Part shown: piece by piece, positions 26,001 through 40,620 of the stretch
Position numbering within the stretch: position 1 is the stretch's first letter
Layout of the letters: each line of letters begins with the position of its first letter
Assembly: GCF_009914755.1 (NCBI RefSeq)
Contig: NC_060943.1
Reading direction: 5' to 3' (one strand)
Length of the DNA: 64,000 bases
Source: the human T2T-CHM13v2.0 reference genome, Homo sapiens
The notes under the pieces: model-generated
What the model was told of the DNA's origin: nothing
Databases searched by the model: none
Seen by the model: the letters and a program-made list of their open reading frames with translations, nothing else
Translations under genes and position numbers: made by a program

Positions 26001-29000
26001 CGGTTTGAGGCCTACGGTCAAAAAGGAAATATCTTCCTGGGAAAAATAGACGAAAGCATTCTCAGAAACTGCTTTGTGATATGTGCATTCGACTGACCGA
26101 GTTGAAACTTTTTTTTGATAGAGCAGTTTTGAAACACTCTGTAGAATCTGAAAGTGGATATTTGGAGCTCTTTGAGGGCTATGGCGGCAAAGAAACTATA
26201 TTCACATTAAAGTAGACAGCAGCATTCTCAGAAACTTCTTTAGGATGTTTGCAGTAAACTCACAGAGTTGAACATACCTTTCCGTAGAGCAGTTTTGAAA
26301 CACTCTGTTTGTGGGATCCGCAAGGGGATATTTGGACCGCTTTGAGACCTTTGCTGGAAATGGGAATATCTTCACATATAAACTAGACAGAAGCATTCTC
26401 AGAAACTTCTTCGTGATGTGTGCATTCTACTCCCAAATTTGAATCTTCCTTTTCATGAAGCAGTTTTGAAACACTCTGTTTGTGCAATCCACAATTGGAT
26501 AATTGGAACGCTTTGATGCCCATGGTAGAAAAGGAAATATCCTCATATAAAAACTAGACAGAAGGATTCACAGAAAATGCTTTGTGATGTGTGCATTCAA
26601 ATCACGGAGTTGAATCTTTCTTTTGTCAGAGCAGTTTTGAAACACTGTTTCTGTGGAATCTGCCAGCGGACACTTGGAGCGCTTTGAGGGCTATGGTGGA
26701 GAAGGAAATATCTTCCCATAAAAACTAGAAAGAAGCATTCTCAGAAACATTTATGTGAAGCGTGCATTCAACTCACAGAGTTGAACCTTCCTTTGGATAC
26801 AACAGTTTTGAAACACTCTTTTGAACAATTGCAGGTGAATCTTTGGAGCGCTTTGAAGCCTTTGTTGGAAATGGGAATATCTTCACACACAAACTAGCCA
26901 GAAGCATTCTCAGAAACTTCTTTGTGATGTGTGCGTTGAACCCAGAGAGATGAACCTTTCCTTGGATAGAGCAGTTTTGAAACGTGTTTTTGTAAGATCT
27001 GCAAGCGGATAATTGGCTTCGCTTTGTGTCCTTTGGTGGAAACGGGAATATCTTCTAATAAAAACTAGACAGAAATATTCTCAGAATCTCCTTTGTGATG
27101 TGGGCATTCAACTAACACAGTTGAACATTTCTTTTCACAGAGCAGTTTTGAAACACTCTTTTGGTAGAATCTGCCAGTGGATATTTGGAGCGCTTTGAGG
27201 GCTGTTGTGCCAATGGAAATATCTGCCCCTAAAATCTAGACAGAAGCATTCTCAGAAACTACTTCGTGATGTTTGCATTCAACTCACAGAGTTGAACATA
27301 CCTCATCACAGAGCAGTTTTGAAAACCTCTTTTTGTAGAATCTGCAAGTGTATATTCGGAGCACTTTGAGGCCTTCATAGGAAACAGTAATATCTTCGCA
27401 TAAAAACTAGATAGAAGCATTGTCAGGAAGTTCTTTGTGATGTGTGAATTCAACTCACAGAGTTGAACCTTCCTTTAATAGAGCAGTTTTGAAACACTCT
27501 TTTTCTAGAATCTGCAAGTAGATATTTGGAGCGCTTAGAGGCCTTCTTTGGAAACCGGAATATCTTCACAGGAAATGTAGATAGAGGCATTCTCAGAAAC
27601 TTTTTTGTGATATGTAGATTCAACTCACAGCGTTGAACCTTTCTTTGGATGGAGCAGTTTTGAAAAACTCTTTTATCGAATCTGCAGGTAGACATTTGGG
27701 GTGCTTTGAGGGCTGTGGTGCAAAAGGAAATGTCTTCCCATAGAAACTAGACTGAAGCATTCTCAGCAACTTCTTGGTGACGTTTGCATTCATCTCACAG
27801 TGTTGAACATACCTTTCCATAGAGTAGTTTTGAAACACTGTTTGTGTAGAATCGGCAAGTGGATATTTGGACTGCTTTGAGGCCTTCATCGGAAACGGGA
27901 ATATCTTCACATAAACACTAGAGAGAAGCATTCTCAGAAACTTCTTTGTGATCTGTCCATTCAACTCACAGAGTTGAACCTTCCTTTTTATGGAGCAGTT
28001 TTGAATCACTGTTTTTGGAGAATCTGCAAGTGGATATTTGGAGCGCTTTGAGGCCTATGGTAGAAAAAGAAATATCTGCCTCTAAAAACCAGACAGAAGC
28101 ATTCCGAGAAACTTCTCTGTGATGTTTGCATTCAACTAGCAGAGTTGAACCTTCCTTTTGATAGGGCAGTTTGGAAACACTCTTTTTGTAGAATCTGCAT
28201 GTGGATATCTGGAGCGGTTTGAGGCCTACGGTCAAAAAGGAAATATCTTCCTGGGAAAAATAGACGAAAGCATTCTCAGAAACTGCTTTGTGATATGTGC
28301 ATTCGACTCACCGAGTTGAAACTTTTTTTTGATAGAGCAGTTTTGAAACACTCTGTAGAATCTGAAAGTGGATATTTGGAGCTCTTTGAGGGCTATGGCG
28401 GCAAAGAAACTATATTCACATTAAAGTAGACAGCAGCATTCTCAGAAACTTCTTTAGGATGTTTGCAGTAAACTCACAGAGTTGAACATACCTTTCCGTA
28501 GAGCAGTTTTGAAACACTCTGTTTGTGGGATCCGCAAGGGGATATTTGGACCGCTTTGAGACCTTTGCTGGAAATGGGAATATCTTCACATATAAACTAG
28601 ACAGAAGCATTCTCAGAAACTTCTTCGTGATGTGTGCATTCTACTCCCGAATTTGAATCTTCCTTTTCATGAAGCAGTTTTGAAACACTCTGTTTGTGCA
28701 ATCCACAATTGGATAATTGGAACGCTTTGATGCCCATGGTAGAAAAGGAAATATCCTCATATAAAAACCAGACGGAAGGATTCACAGAAAATGCTTTGTG
28801 ATGTGTGCATTCAAATCACGGAGTTGAATCTTTCTTTTGTCAGAGCAGTTTTGAAACACTGTTTCTGTGGAATCTGCCAGCGGACACTTGGAGCGTTTTG
28901 AGGGCTATGGTGGAGAAGGAAATATCTTCCCATAAAAACTAGAAAGAAGCATTCTCAGAAACATTTATGTGAAGCGTGCATTCAACTCACAGAGTTGAAC

Positions 29001-31769
29001 CTTCCTTTTGATACAACAGTTTTGAAACACTCTTTTGAACAATTGCAGGTGAATCTTTGGAGCGCTTTGAAGCCTTTGTTGGAAATGGGAATATCTTCAC
29101 ACACAAACTAGCCAGAAGCATTCTCAGAAACTTCTTTGTGATGTGTGCGTTGAACCCAGAGAGATGAACCTTTCCTTGGATAGAGCAGTTTTGAAACGTG
29201 TTTTTGTAAGATCTGCAAGCGGATAATTGGCTTCGCTTTGTGTCCTTTGGTGGAAACGGGAATATCTTCTAATAAAAACTAGACAGAAATATTCTCAGAA
29301 TCTCCTTTGTGATGTGGGCATTCAACTAACACAGTTGAACATTTCTTTTCACAGAGCAGTTTTGAAACACTCTTTTGGTAGAATCTGCCAGTGGATATTT
29401 GGAGCGCTTTGAGGGCTGTTGTGCCAATGGAAATATCTGCCCCTAAAATCTAGACAGAAGCATTCTCAGAAACTACTTCGTGATGTTTGCATTCAACTCA
29501 CAGAGTTGAACATACCTCTTCACAGAGCAGTTTTGAAAACCTCTTTTTGTAGAATCTGCAAGTGGATATTCGGAGCACTTTGAGGCCTTCATAGGAAACA
29601 GTAATATCTTCGCATAAAAACTAGATAGAAGCATTGTCAGGAAGTTCTTTGTGATGTGTGAATTCAACTCACAGAGTTGAACCTTCCTTTAATAGAGCAG
29701 TGTTGAAACACTCTTTTTCTAGAATCTGCAAGTAGATATTTGGAGCGCTTGGAGGTCTTCGTTGTAAACCGGAATATCTTCACAGGAAATGTAGATAGAG
29801 GCATTCTCAGAAACTTTTTTGTGATATGTAGATTCAACTCACAGCGTTGAACCTTTCTTTGGATGGAGCAGTTTTGAAAAACTCTTTTATCGAATCTGCA
29901 GGTAAACATTTGGGGTGCTTTGAGGGCTGTGGTGCAAAAGGAAATGTCTTCCCATAGAAACTAGACTGAAGCATTCTCAGCAACTTCTTGGTGACGTTTG
30001 CATTCATCTCACAGTGTTGAACATACCTTTCCATAGAGTAGTTTTGAAACACTGTTTTTGTAGAATCGGTAAGTGGATATTTGGACTGCTTTGAGGCCTT
30101 CATCGGAAACGGGAATATCTTCACATAAACACTAGAGAGAAGCATTCTCAGAAACTTCTTTGTGATCTGTCCATTCAACTCACAGAGTTGAACCTTCCTT
30201 TTTATGGAGCAGTTTTGAATCACTGTTTTTGGAGAATCTGCAAGTGGATATTTGGAGCGCTTTGAGGCCTATGGTAGAAAAAGAAATATCTGCCTCTAAA
30301 AACCAGACAGAAGCATTCCGAGAAACTTCTCTGTGATGTTTGCATTCAACTAGCAGAGTTGAACCTTCCTTTTGATAGGGCAGTTTGGAAACACTCTTTT
30401 TGTAGAATCTGCATGTGGATATCTGGAGCGGTTTGAGGCCTACGGTCAAAAAGGAAATATCTTCCTGGGAAAAATAGACGAAAGCATTCTCAGAAACTGC
30501 TTTGTGATATGTGCATTCGACTCACCGAGTTGAAACTTTTTTTTGATAGAGCAGTTTTGAAACACTCTGTAGAATCTGAAAGTGGATATTTGGAGCTCTT
30601 TGAGGGCTATGGCGGCAAAGAAACTATATTCACATTAAAGTAGACAGCAGCATTCTCAGAAACTTCTTTAGGATGTTTGCAGTAAACTCACAGAGTTGAA
30701 CATACCTTTCCGTAGAGCAGTTTTGAAACACTCTGTTTGTGGGATCCGCAAGGGGATATTTGGACCGCTTTGAGACCTTTGCTGGAAATGGGAATATCTT
30801 CACATATAAACTAGACAGAAGCATTCTCAGAAACTTCTTCGTGATGTGTGCATTCTACTCCCGAATTTGAATCTTCCTTTTCATGAAGCAGTTTTGAAAC
30901 ACTCTGTTTGTGCAATCCACAATTGGATAATTGGAACGCTTTGATGCCCATGGTAGAAAAGGAAATATCCTCATATAAAAACCAGACGGAAGGATTCACA
31001 GAAAATGCTTTGTGATGTGTGCATTCAAATCACGGAGTTGAATCTTTCTTTTGTCAGAGCAGTTTTGAAACACTGTTTCTGTGGAATCTGCCAGCGGACA
31101 CTTGGAGCGCTTTGAGGGCTATGGTGGAGAAGGAAATATCTTCCCATAAAAACTAGAAAGAAGCATTCTCAGAAACATTTATGTGAAGCGTGCATTCAAC
31201 TCACAGAGTTGAACCTTCCTTTTGATACAACAGTTTTGAAACACTCTTTTGAACAATTGCAGGTGAATCTTTGGAGCGCTTTGAAGCCTTTGTTGGAAAT
31301 GGGAATATCTTCACACACAAACTAGCCAGAAGCATTCTCAGAAACTTCTTTGTGATGTGTGCGTTGAACCCAGAGAGATGAACCTTTCCTTGGATAGAGC
31401 AGTTTTGAAACGTGTTTTTGTAAGATCTGCAAGCGGATAATTGGCTTCGCTTTGTGTCCTTTGGTGGAAACGGGAATATCTTCTAATAAAAACTAGACAG
31501 AAATATTCTCAGAATCTCCTTTGTGATGTGGGCATTCAACTAACACAGTTGAACATTTCTTTTCACAGAGCAGTTTTGAAACACTCTTTTGGTAGAATCT
31601 GCCAGTGGATATTTGGAGCGCTTTGAGGGCTGTTGTGCCAATGGAAATATCTGCCCCTAAAATCTAGACAGAAGCATTCTCAGAAACTACTTCGTGATGT
31701 TTGCATTCAACTCACAGAGTTGAACATACCTCTTCACAGAGCAGTTTTGAAAACCTCTTTTTGTAGAAT

Positions 31770-34700
31770 CTGCAAGTGGATATTCGGAGCACTTTGAGGC
31801 CTTCATAGGAAACAGTAATATCTTTGCATAAAAACTAGATAGAAGCATTGTCAGGAAGTTCTTTGTGATGTGTGAATTCAACTCACAGAGTTGAACCTTC
31901 CTTTAATAGAGCAGTTTTGAAACACTCTTTTTCTAGAATCTGCAAGTAGATATTTGGAGCGCTTGGAGGCCTTCTTTGGAAACCGGAATATCTTCACAGG
32001 AAATGTAGATAGAGGCATTCTCAGAAACTTTTTTGTGATATGTAGATTCAACTCACAGCGTTGAACCTTTCTTTGGATGGAGCAGTTTTGAAAAACTCTT
32101 TTATCGAATCTGCAGGTAGACATTTGGGGTGCTTTGAGGGCTGTGGTGCAAAAGGAAATGTCTTCCCATAGAAACTAGACTGAAGCATTCTCAGCAACTT
32201 CTTTTGACGTTTGCATTCATCTCACAGTGTTGAACATACCTTTCCATAGAGTAGTTTTGAAACACTGTTTTTGTAGAATCGGCAAGTGGATATTTGGACT
32301 GCTTTGAGGCCTTCATCGGAAACGGGAATATCTTCACATAAACACTAGAGAGAAGCATTCTCAGAAACTTCTTTGTGATCTGTCCATTCAACTCACAGAG
32401 TTGAACCTTCCTTTTTATGGAGCAGTTTTGAATCACTGTTTTTGGAGAATCTGCAAGTGGATATTTGGAGCGCTTTGAGGCCTATGGTAGAAAAAGAAAT
32501 ATCTGCCTCTAAAAACCAGACAGAAGCATTCCGAGAAACTTCTCTGTGATGTTTGCATTCAAGTAGCAGAGTTGAACCTTCCTTTTGATAGGGTAGTTTG
32601 GAAACACTCTTTTTGTAGAATCTGCATGTGGATATCTGGAGCGGTTTGAGGCCTACGGTCAAAAAGGAAATATCTTCCTGGGAAAAATAGACGAAAGCAT
32701 TCTCAGAAACTGCTTTGTGATATGTGCATTCGAGTCACCGAGTTGAAACTTTTTTTTGATAGAGCAGTTTTGAAACACTCTGTAGAATCTGAAAGTGGAT
32801 ATTTGGAGCTCTTTGAGGGCTATGGCGGCAAAGAAACTATATTCACATTAAAGTAGACAGCAGCATTCTCAGAAACTTCTTTAGGATGTTTGCAGTAAAC
32901 TCACAGAGTTGAACATACCTTTCCGTAGAGCAGTTTTGAAACACTCTGTTTGTGGGATCCGCAAGGGGATATTTGGACCGCTTTGAGACCTTTGCTGGAA
33001 ATGGGAATATCTTCACATATAAACTAGACAGAAGCATTCTCAGAAACTTCTTCGTGATGTGTGCATTCTACTCCCGAATTTGAATCTTCCTTTTCATGAA
33101 GCAGTTTTGAAACACTCTGTTTGTGCAATCCACAATTGGATAATTGGAACGCTTTGATGCCCATGGTAGAAAAGGAAATATCCTCATATAAAAACCAGAC
33201 GGAAGGATTCACAGAAAATGCTTTGTGATGTGTGCATTCAAATCACGGAGTTGAATCTTTCTTTTGTCAGAGCAGTTTTGAAACACTGTTTCTGTGGAAT
33301 CTGCCAGCGGACACTTGGAGCGCTTTGAGGGCTATGGTGGAGAAGGAAATATCTTCCCATAAAAACTAGAAAGAAGCATTCTCAGAAACATTTATGTGAA
33401 GCGTGCATTCAACTCACAGAGTTGAACCTTCCTTTTGATACAACAGTTTTGAAACACTCTTTTGAACAATTGCAGGTGAATCTTTGGAGCGCTTTGAAGC
33501 CTTTGTTGGAAATGGGAATATCTTCACACACAAACTAGCCAGAAGCATTCTCAGAAACTTCTTTGTGATGTGTGCGTTGAACCCAGAGAGATGAACCTTT
33601 CCTTGGATAGAGCAGTTTTGAAACGTGTTTTTGTAAGATCTGCAAGCGGATAATTGGCTTCGCTTTGTGTCCTTTGGTGGAAACGGGAATATCTTCTAAT
33701 AAAAACTAGACAGAAATATTCTCAGAATCTCCTTTGTGATGTGGGCATTCAACTAACACAGTTGAACATTTCTTTTCACAGAGCAGTTTTGAAACACTCT
33801 TTTGGTAGAATCTGCCAGTGGATATTTGGAGCGCTTTGAGGGCTGTTGTGCCAATGGAAATATCTGCCCCTAAAATCTAGACAGAAGCATTCTCAGAAAC
33901 TACTTCGTGATGTTTGCATTCAACTCACAGAGTTGAACATACCTCTTCACAGAGCAGTTTTGAAAACCTCTTTTTGTAGAATCTGCAAGTGGATATTCGG
34001 AGCACTTTGAGGCCTTCATAGGAAACAGTAATATCTTCGCATAAAAACTAGATAGAAGCATTGTCAGGAAGTTCTTTGTGATGTGTGAATTCAACTCACA
34101 GAGTTGAACTTTCCTTTAATAGAGCAGTGTTGAAACACTCTTTTTCTAGAATCTGCAAGTAGATATTTGGAGTGCTTGGAGGCCTTCGTTGGAAACCGGA
34201 ATATCTTCACAGGAAATGTAGATAGAGGCATTCTCAGAAACTTTTTTGTGATATGTAGATTCAACTCACAGCGTTGAACCTTTCTTTGGATGGAGCAGTT
34301 TTGAAAAACTCTGTTATCGAATCTGCAGTTAGACATTTGGGGTGCTTTGAGGGCTGTGGTGCAAAAGGAAATGTCTTCCCATAGAAACTAGACTGAAGCA
34401 TTCTCAGCAACTTCTTTTGACGTTTGCATTCATCTCACAGTGTTGAACATACCTTTCCATAGAGTAGTTTTGAAACACTGTTTTTGTACAATCGGCAAGT
34501 GGATATTTGGACTGCTTTGAGGCCTTCATCGGAAACGGGAATATCTTAACATAAACACTAGAGAGAAGCATTCTCAGAAACTTCTTTGTGATCTGTCCAT
34601 TCAACTCACAGAGTTGAACCTTCCTTTTTATGGAGCAGTTTTGAATCACTGTTTTTGGAGAATCTGCAAGTGGATATTTGGAGCGCTTTGAGGCCTATGG

Positions 34701-37700
34701 TAGAAAAAGAAATATCTGCCTCTAAAAACCAGACAGAAGCATTCCGAGAAACTTCTCTGTGATGTTTGCATTCAACTAGCAGAGTTGAACCTTCCTTTTG
34801 ATAGGGCAGTTTGGAAACACTCTTTTTGTAGAATCTGCATGTGGATATCTGGAGCGGTTTGAGGCCTACGGTCAAAAAGGAAATATCTTCCTGGGAAAAA
34901 TAGACGAAAGCATTCTCAGAAACTGCTTTGTGATATGTGCATTCGACTCACCGAGTTGAAAATTTTTTTTGATAGAGCAGTTTTGAAACACTCTGTAGAA
35001 TCTGAAAGTGGATATTTGGAGCTCTTTGAGGGCTACGGCGGCAAAGAAACTATATTCACATTAAAGTAGACAGCAGCATTCTCAGAAACTTCTTTAGGAT
35101 GTTTGCAGTAAACTCACAGAGTTGAACATACCTTTCCGTAGAGCAGTTTTGAAACACTCTGTTTGTGGGATCCGCAAGTGGATATTTGGACCGCTTTGAG
35201 ACCTTTGCTGGAAATGGGAATATCTTCACATATAAACTAGACAGAAGCATTCTCAGAAACTTCTTCGTGATGTGTGCATTCTACTCCCGAATTTGAATCT
35301 TCCTTTTCATGAAGCAGTTTTGAAACACTCTGTTTGTGCAATCCACAATTGGATAATTGGAACGCTTTGATGCCCATGGTAGAAAAGGAAATATCCTCAT
35401 ATAAAAACCAGACAGAAGGATTCACAGAAAATGCTTTGTGATGTGTGCATTCAAATCACGGAGTTGAATCTTTCTTTTGTCAGAGCAGTTTTGAAACACT
35501 GTTTCTGTGGAATCTGCCAGCGGACACTTGGAGCGCTTTGAGGGCTATGGTGGAGAAGGAAATATCTTCCCATAAAAACTAGAAAGAAGCATTCTCAGAA
35601 ACATTTATGTGAAGCGTGCATTCAACTCACAGAGTTGAACCTTCCTTTGGATACAACAGTTTTGAAACACTCTTTTGAACAATTGCAGGTGAATCTTTGG
35701 AGCGCTTTGAAGCCTTTGTTGGAAATGGGAATATCTTCACACACAAACTAGCCAGAAGCATTCTCAGAAACTTCTTTGTGATGTGTGCGTTGAACCCAGA
35801 GAGATGAACCTTTCCTTTGATAGAGCAGTTTTGAAACGTGTTTTTGTAAGATCTGCAAGCGGATAATTGGCTTCGCTTTGTGTCCTTTGGTGGAAACGGG
35901 AATATCTTCTAATAAAAACTAGACAGAAATATTCTCAGAATCTCCTTTGTGATGTGGGCATTCAACTAACACAGTTGAACATTTCTTTTCACAGAGCAGT
36001 TTTGAAACACTCTTTTGGTAGAATCTGCCAGTGGATATTTGGAGCGCTTTGAGGGCTGTTGTGCCAATGGAAATATCTGCCCCTAAAATCTAGACAGAAG
36101 CATTCTCAGAAACTACTTCGTGATGTTTGCATTCAACTCACAGAGTTGAACATACCTCTTCACAGAGCAGTTTTGAAAACCTCTTTTTGTAGAATCTGCA
36201 AGTGGATATTCGGAGCACTTTGAGGCCTTCATAGGAAACAGTAATATCTTCGCATAAAAACTAGATAGAAGCATTGTCAGGAAGTTCTTTGTGATGTGTG
36301 AATTCAACTCACAGAGTTGAACCTTCCTTTAATAGAGCAGTTTTGAAACACTCTTTTTCTAGAATCTGCAAGTAGATATTTGGAGCGCTTGGAGGCCTTC
36401 GTTGGAAACCGGAATATCTTCACAGGAAATGTAGATAGAGGCATTCTCAGAAACTTTTTTGTGATATGTAGATTCAACTCACAGCGTTGAACCTTTCTTT
36501 GGATGGAGCAGTTTTGAAAAACTCTTTTATCGAATCTGCAGGTAGACATTTGGGGTGCTTTGAGGGCTGTGGTGCAAAAGGAAATGTCTTCCCATAGAAA
36601 CTAGACTGAAGCATTCTCAGCAACTTCTTTGTGACGTTTGCATTCATCTCACAGTGTTGAACATACCTTTCCATAGAGTAGTTTTGAAATACTGTTTTTG
36701 TAGAATCGGCAAGTGGATATTTGGACTGCTTTGAGGCCTTCATCGGAAACGGGAATATCTTCACATAAACACTAGAGAGAAGCATTCTCAGAAACTTCTT
36801 TGTGATCTGTCCATTCAACTCACAGAGTTGAACCTTCCTTTTTATGGAGCAGTTTTGAATCACTGTTTTTGGAGAATCTGGAAGTGGATATTTGGAGCGC
36901 TTTGAGGCCTATGGTAGAAAAAGAAATATCTGCCTCTAAAAACCAGACAGAAACATTCCAAGAAACTTCTCTGTGATGTTTGCATTCAACTAGCAGAGTT
37001 GAACCTTCCTTTTGATAGGGCAGTTTGGAAATACTCTTTTTGTAGAATCTGCATTTGGATATCTGGAGCGGTTTGAGGCCTACGGTCAAAAAGGGAATAT
37101 CTTCCTGGGAAAAATAGACGAAAGCATTCTCAGAAACTGCTTTGTGATATGTGCATTCGACTCACCGAGTTGAAACTTTTTTTTGATAGAGCAGTTTTGA
37201 AACACTCTGTAGAATCTGAAAGTGGATATTTGGAGCTCTTTGAGGGCTATGGCGGCAAAGAAACTATATTCACATTAAAGTAGACAGCAGCATTCTCAGA
37301 AACTTCTTTAGGATGTTTGCAGTAAACTCACAGAGTTGAACATACCTTTCCGTAGAGCAGTTTTGAAACACTCTGTTTGTGGGATCCGCAAGGGGATATT
37401 TGGACCGCTTTGAGACCTTTGCTGGAAATGGGAATATCTTCACATATAAACTAGACAGAAGCATTCTCAGAAACTTCTTCGTGATGTGTGCATTCTACTC
37501 CCGAATTTGAATCTTCCTTTTCATGAAGCAGTTTTGAAACACTCTGTTTGTGCAATCCACAGTTGGATAATTGGAACGCTTTGATGCCCATGGTAGAAAA
37601 GGAAATATCCTCATATAAAAACTAGACAGAAGGATTCACAGAAAATGCTTTGTGATGTGTGCATTCAAATCACGGAGTTGAATCTTTCTTTTGTCAGAGC

Positions 37701-40620
37701 AGTTTTGAAACACTGTTTCTGTGGAATCTGCCAGCGGACACTTGGAGCGCTTTGAGGGCTATGGTGGAGAAGGAAATATCTTCCCATAAAAACTAGAAAG
37801 AAGCATTCTCAGAAACATTTATGTGAAGCGTGCATTCAACTCACAGAGTTGAACCTTCCCTTTGATACAACAGTTTTGAAACACTCTTTTGAACAATTGC
37901 AGGTGAATCTTTGGAGCGCTTTGAAGCCTTTGTTGGAAATGGGAATATCTTCACACACAAACTAGCCAGAAGCATTCTCAGAAACTTCTTTGTGATGTGT
38001 GCGTTGAACCCAGAGAGATGAACCTTTCCTTGGATAGAGCAGTTTTGAAACGTGTTTTTGTAAGATCTGCAAGCGGATAATTGGCTTCGCTTTGTGTCCT
38101 TTGGTGGAAACGGGAATATCTTCTAATAAAAACTAGACAGAAATATTCTCAGAATCTCCTTTGTGATGTGGGCATTCAACTAACACAGTTGAACATTTCT
38201 TTTCACAGAGCAGTTTTGAAACACTCTTTTGGTAGAATCTGCCAGTGGATATTTGGAGCGCTTTGAGGGCTGTTGTGCCAATGGAAATATCTGCCCCTAA
38301 AATCTAGACAGAAGCATTCTCAGAAACTACTTCGTGATGTTTGCATTCAACTCACAGAGTTGAACATACCTCTTCACAGAGCAGTTTTGAAAACCTCTTT
38401 TTGTAGAATCTGCAAGTGGATATTCGGAGCACTTTGAGGCCTTCATAGGAAACAGTAATATCTTCGCATAAAAACTAGATAGAAGCATTGTCAGGAAGTT
38501 CTTTGTGATGTGTGAATTCAACTCACAGAGTTGAACCTTCCTTTAATAGAGCAGTTTTGAAACACTCTTTTTCTAGAATCTGCAAGTAGATATTTGGAGC
38601 GCTTGGAGGCCTTCGTTGGAAACCGGAATATCTTCACAGGAAATGTAGATAGAGGCATTCTCAGAAACTTTTTTGTGATATGTAGATTCAACTCACAGCG
38701 TTGAACCTTTCTTTGGATGGAGCAGTTTTGAAAAACTCTTTTATCGAATCTGCAGGTAGACATTTGGGGTGCTTTGAGGGCTGTGGTGCAAAAGGAAATG
38801 TCTTCCCATAGAAACTAGACTGAAGCATTCTCAGCAACTTCTTTGTGACGTTTGCATTCATCTCACAGTGTTGAACATACCTTTCCATAGAGTAGTTTTG
38901 AAATACTGTTTTTGTAGAATCGGCAAGTGGATATTTGGACTGCTTTGAGGCCTTCATCGGAAACGGGAATATCTTCACATAAACACTAGAGAGAAGCATT
39001 CTCAGAAACTTCTTTGTGATCTGTCCATTCAACTCACAGAGTTGAACCTTCCTTTTTATGGAGCAGTTTTGAATCACTGTTTTTGGAGAATCTGCAAGTG
39101 GATATTTGGAGCGCTTTGAGGCCTATGGTAGAAAAAGAAATATCTGCCTCTAAAAACCAGACAGAAACATTCCAAGAAACTTCTCTGTGATGTTTGCATT
39201 CAACTAGCAGAGTTGAACCTTCCTTTTGATAGGGCAGTTTGGAAATACTCTTTTTGTAGAATCTGCATTTGGATATCTGGAGCGGTTTGAGGCCTACGGT
39301 CAAAAAGGAAATATCTTCCTGGGAAAAATAGACGAAAGCATTCTCAGAAAGTGCTTTGTGATATGTGCATTCGACTCACCGAGTTGAAACTTTTTTTTGA
39401 TAGAGCAGTTTTGAAACACTCTGTAGAATCTGAAAGTGGATATTTGGAACTCTTTGAGGGCTATGGCGGCAAAGAAACTATATTCACATTAAAGTAGACA
39501 GCAGCATTCTCAGAAACTTCTTTAGGATGTTTGCAGTAAACTCACAGAGTTGAACATACCTTTCCGTAGAGCAGTTTTGAAACACTCTGTTTGTGGGATC
39601 CGCAAGGGGATATTTGGACCGCTTTGAGACCTTTGCTGGAAATGGGAATATCTTCACATATAAACTAGACAGAAGCATTCTCAGAAACTTCTTCGTGATG
39701 TGTGCATTCTACTCCCGAATTTGAATCTTCCTTTTCATGAAGCAGTTTTGAAACACTCTGTTTGTGCAATCCACAGTTGGATAATTGGAACGCTTTGATG
39801 CCCATGGTAGAAAAGGAAATATCCTCATATAAAAACTAGACAGAAGGATTCACAGAAAATGCTTTGTGATGTGTGCATTCAAATCACGGAGTTGAATCTT
39901 TCTTTTGTCAGAGCAGTTTTGAAACACTGTTTCTGTGGAATCTGCCAGCGGACACTTGGAGCGCTTTGAGGGCTATGGTGGAGAAGGAAATATCTTCCCA
40001 TAAAAACTAGAAAGAAGCATTCTCAGAAACATTTATGTGAAGCGTGCATTCAACTCACAGAGTTGAACCTTCCCTTTGATACAACAGTTTTGAAACACTC
40101 TTTTGAACAATTGCAGGTGAATCTTTGGAGCGCTTTGAAGCCTTTGTTGGAAATGGGAATATCTTCACACACAAACTAGCCAGAAGCATTCTCAGAAACT
40201 TCTTTGTGATGTGTGCGTTGAACCCAGAGAGATGAACCTTTCCTTGGATAGAGCAGTTTTGAAACGTGTTTTTGTAAGATCTGCAAGCGGATAATTGGCT
40301 TCGCTTTGTGTCCTTTGGTGGAAACGGGAATATCTTCTAATAAAAACTAGACAGAAATATTCTCAGAATCTCCTTTGTGATGTGGGCATTCAACTAACAC
40401 AGTTGAACATTTCTTTTCAGAGAGCAGTTTTGAAACACTCTTTTGGTAGAATCTGCCAGTGGATATTTGGAGCGCTTTGAGGGCTGTTGTGCCAATGGAA
40501 ATATCTGCCCCTAAAATCTAGACAGAAGCATTCTCAGAAACTACTTCGTGATGTTTGCAATCAACTCACAGAGTTGAACATACCTCTTCACAGAGCAGTT
40601 TTGAAAACCTCTTTTTGTAG
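31770..40620 (+). repeat. 4-HOR super-repeat (8854 bp), copy 1; ends uncertain by about 60 bp
   Basis: Private variants recur at exactly +8854: 31825/40679, 1-bp deletions ~32204/~41058 and ~34417/~43271, aaacattccaag ~36952/~45806, 40420/49274 and 40560/49414. Confidence 0.92.
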
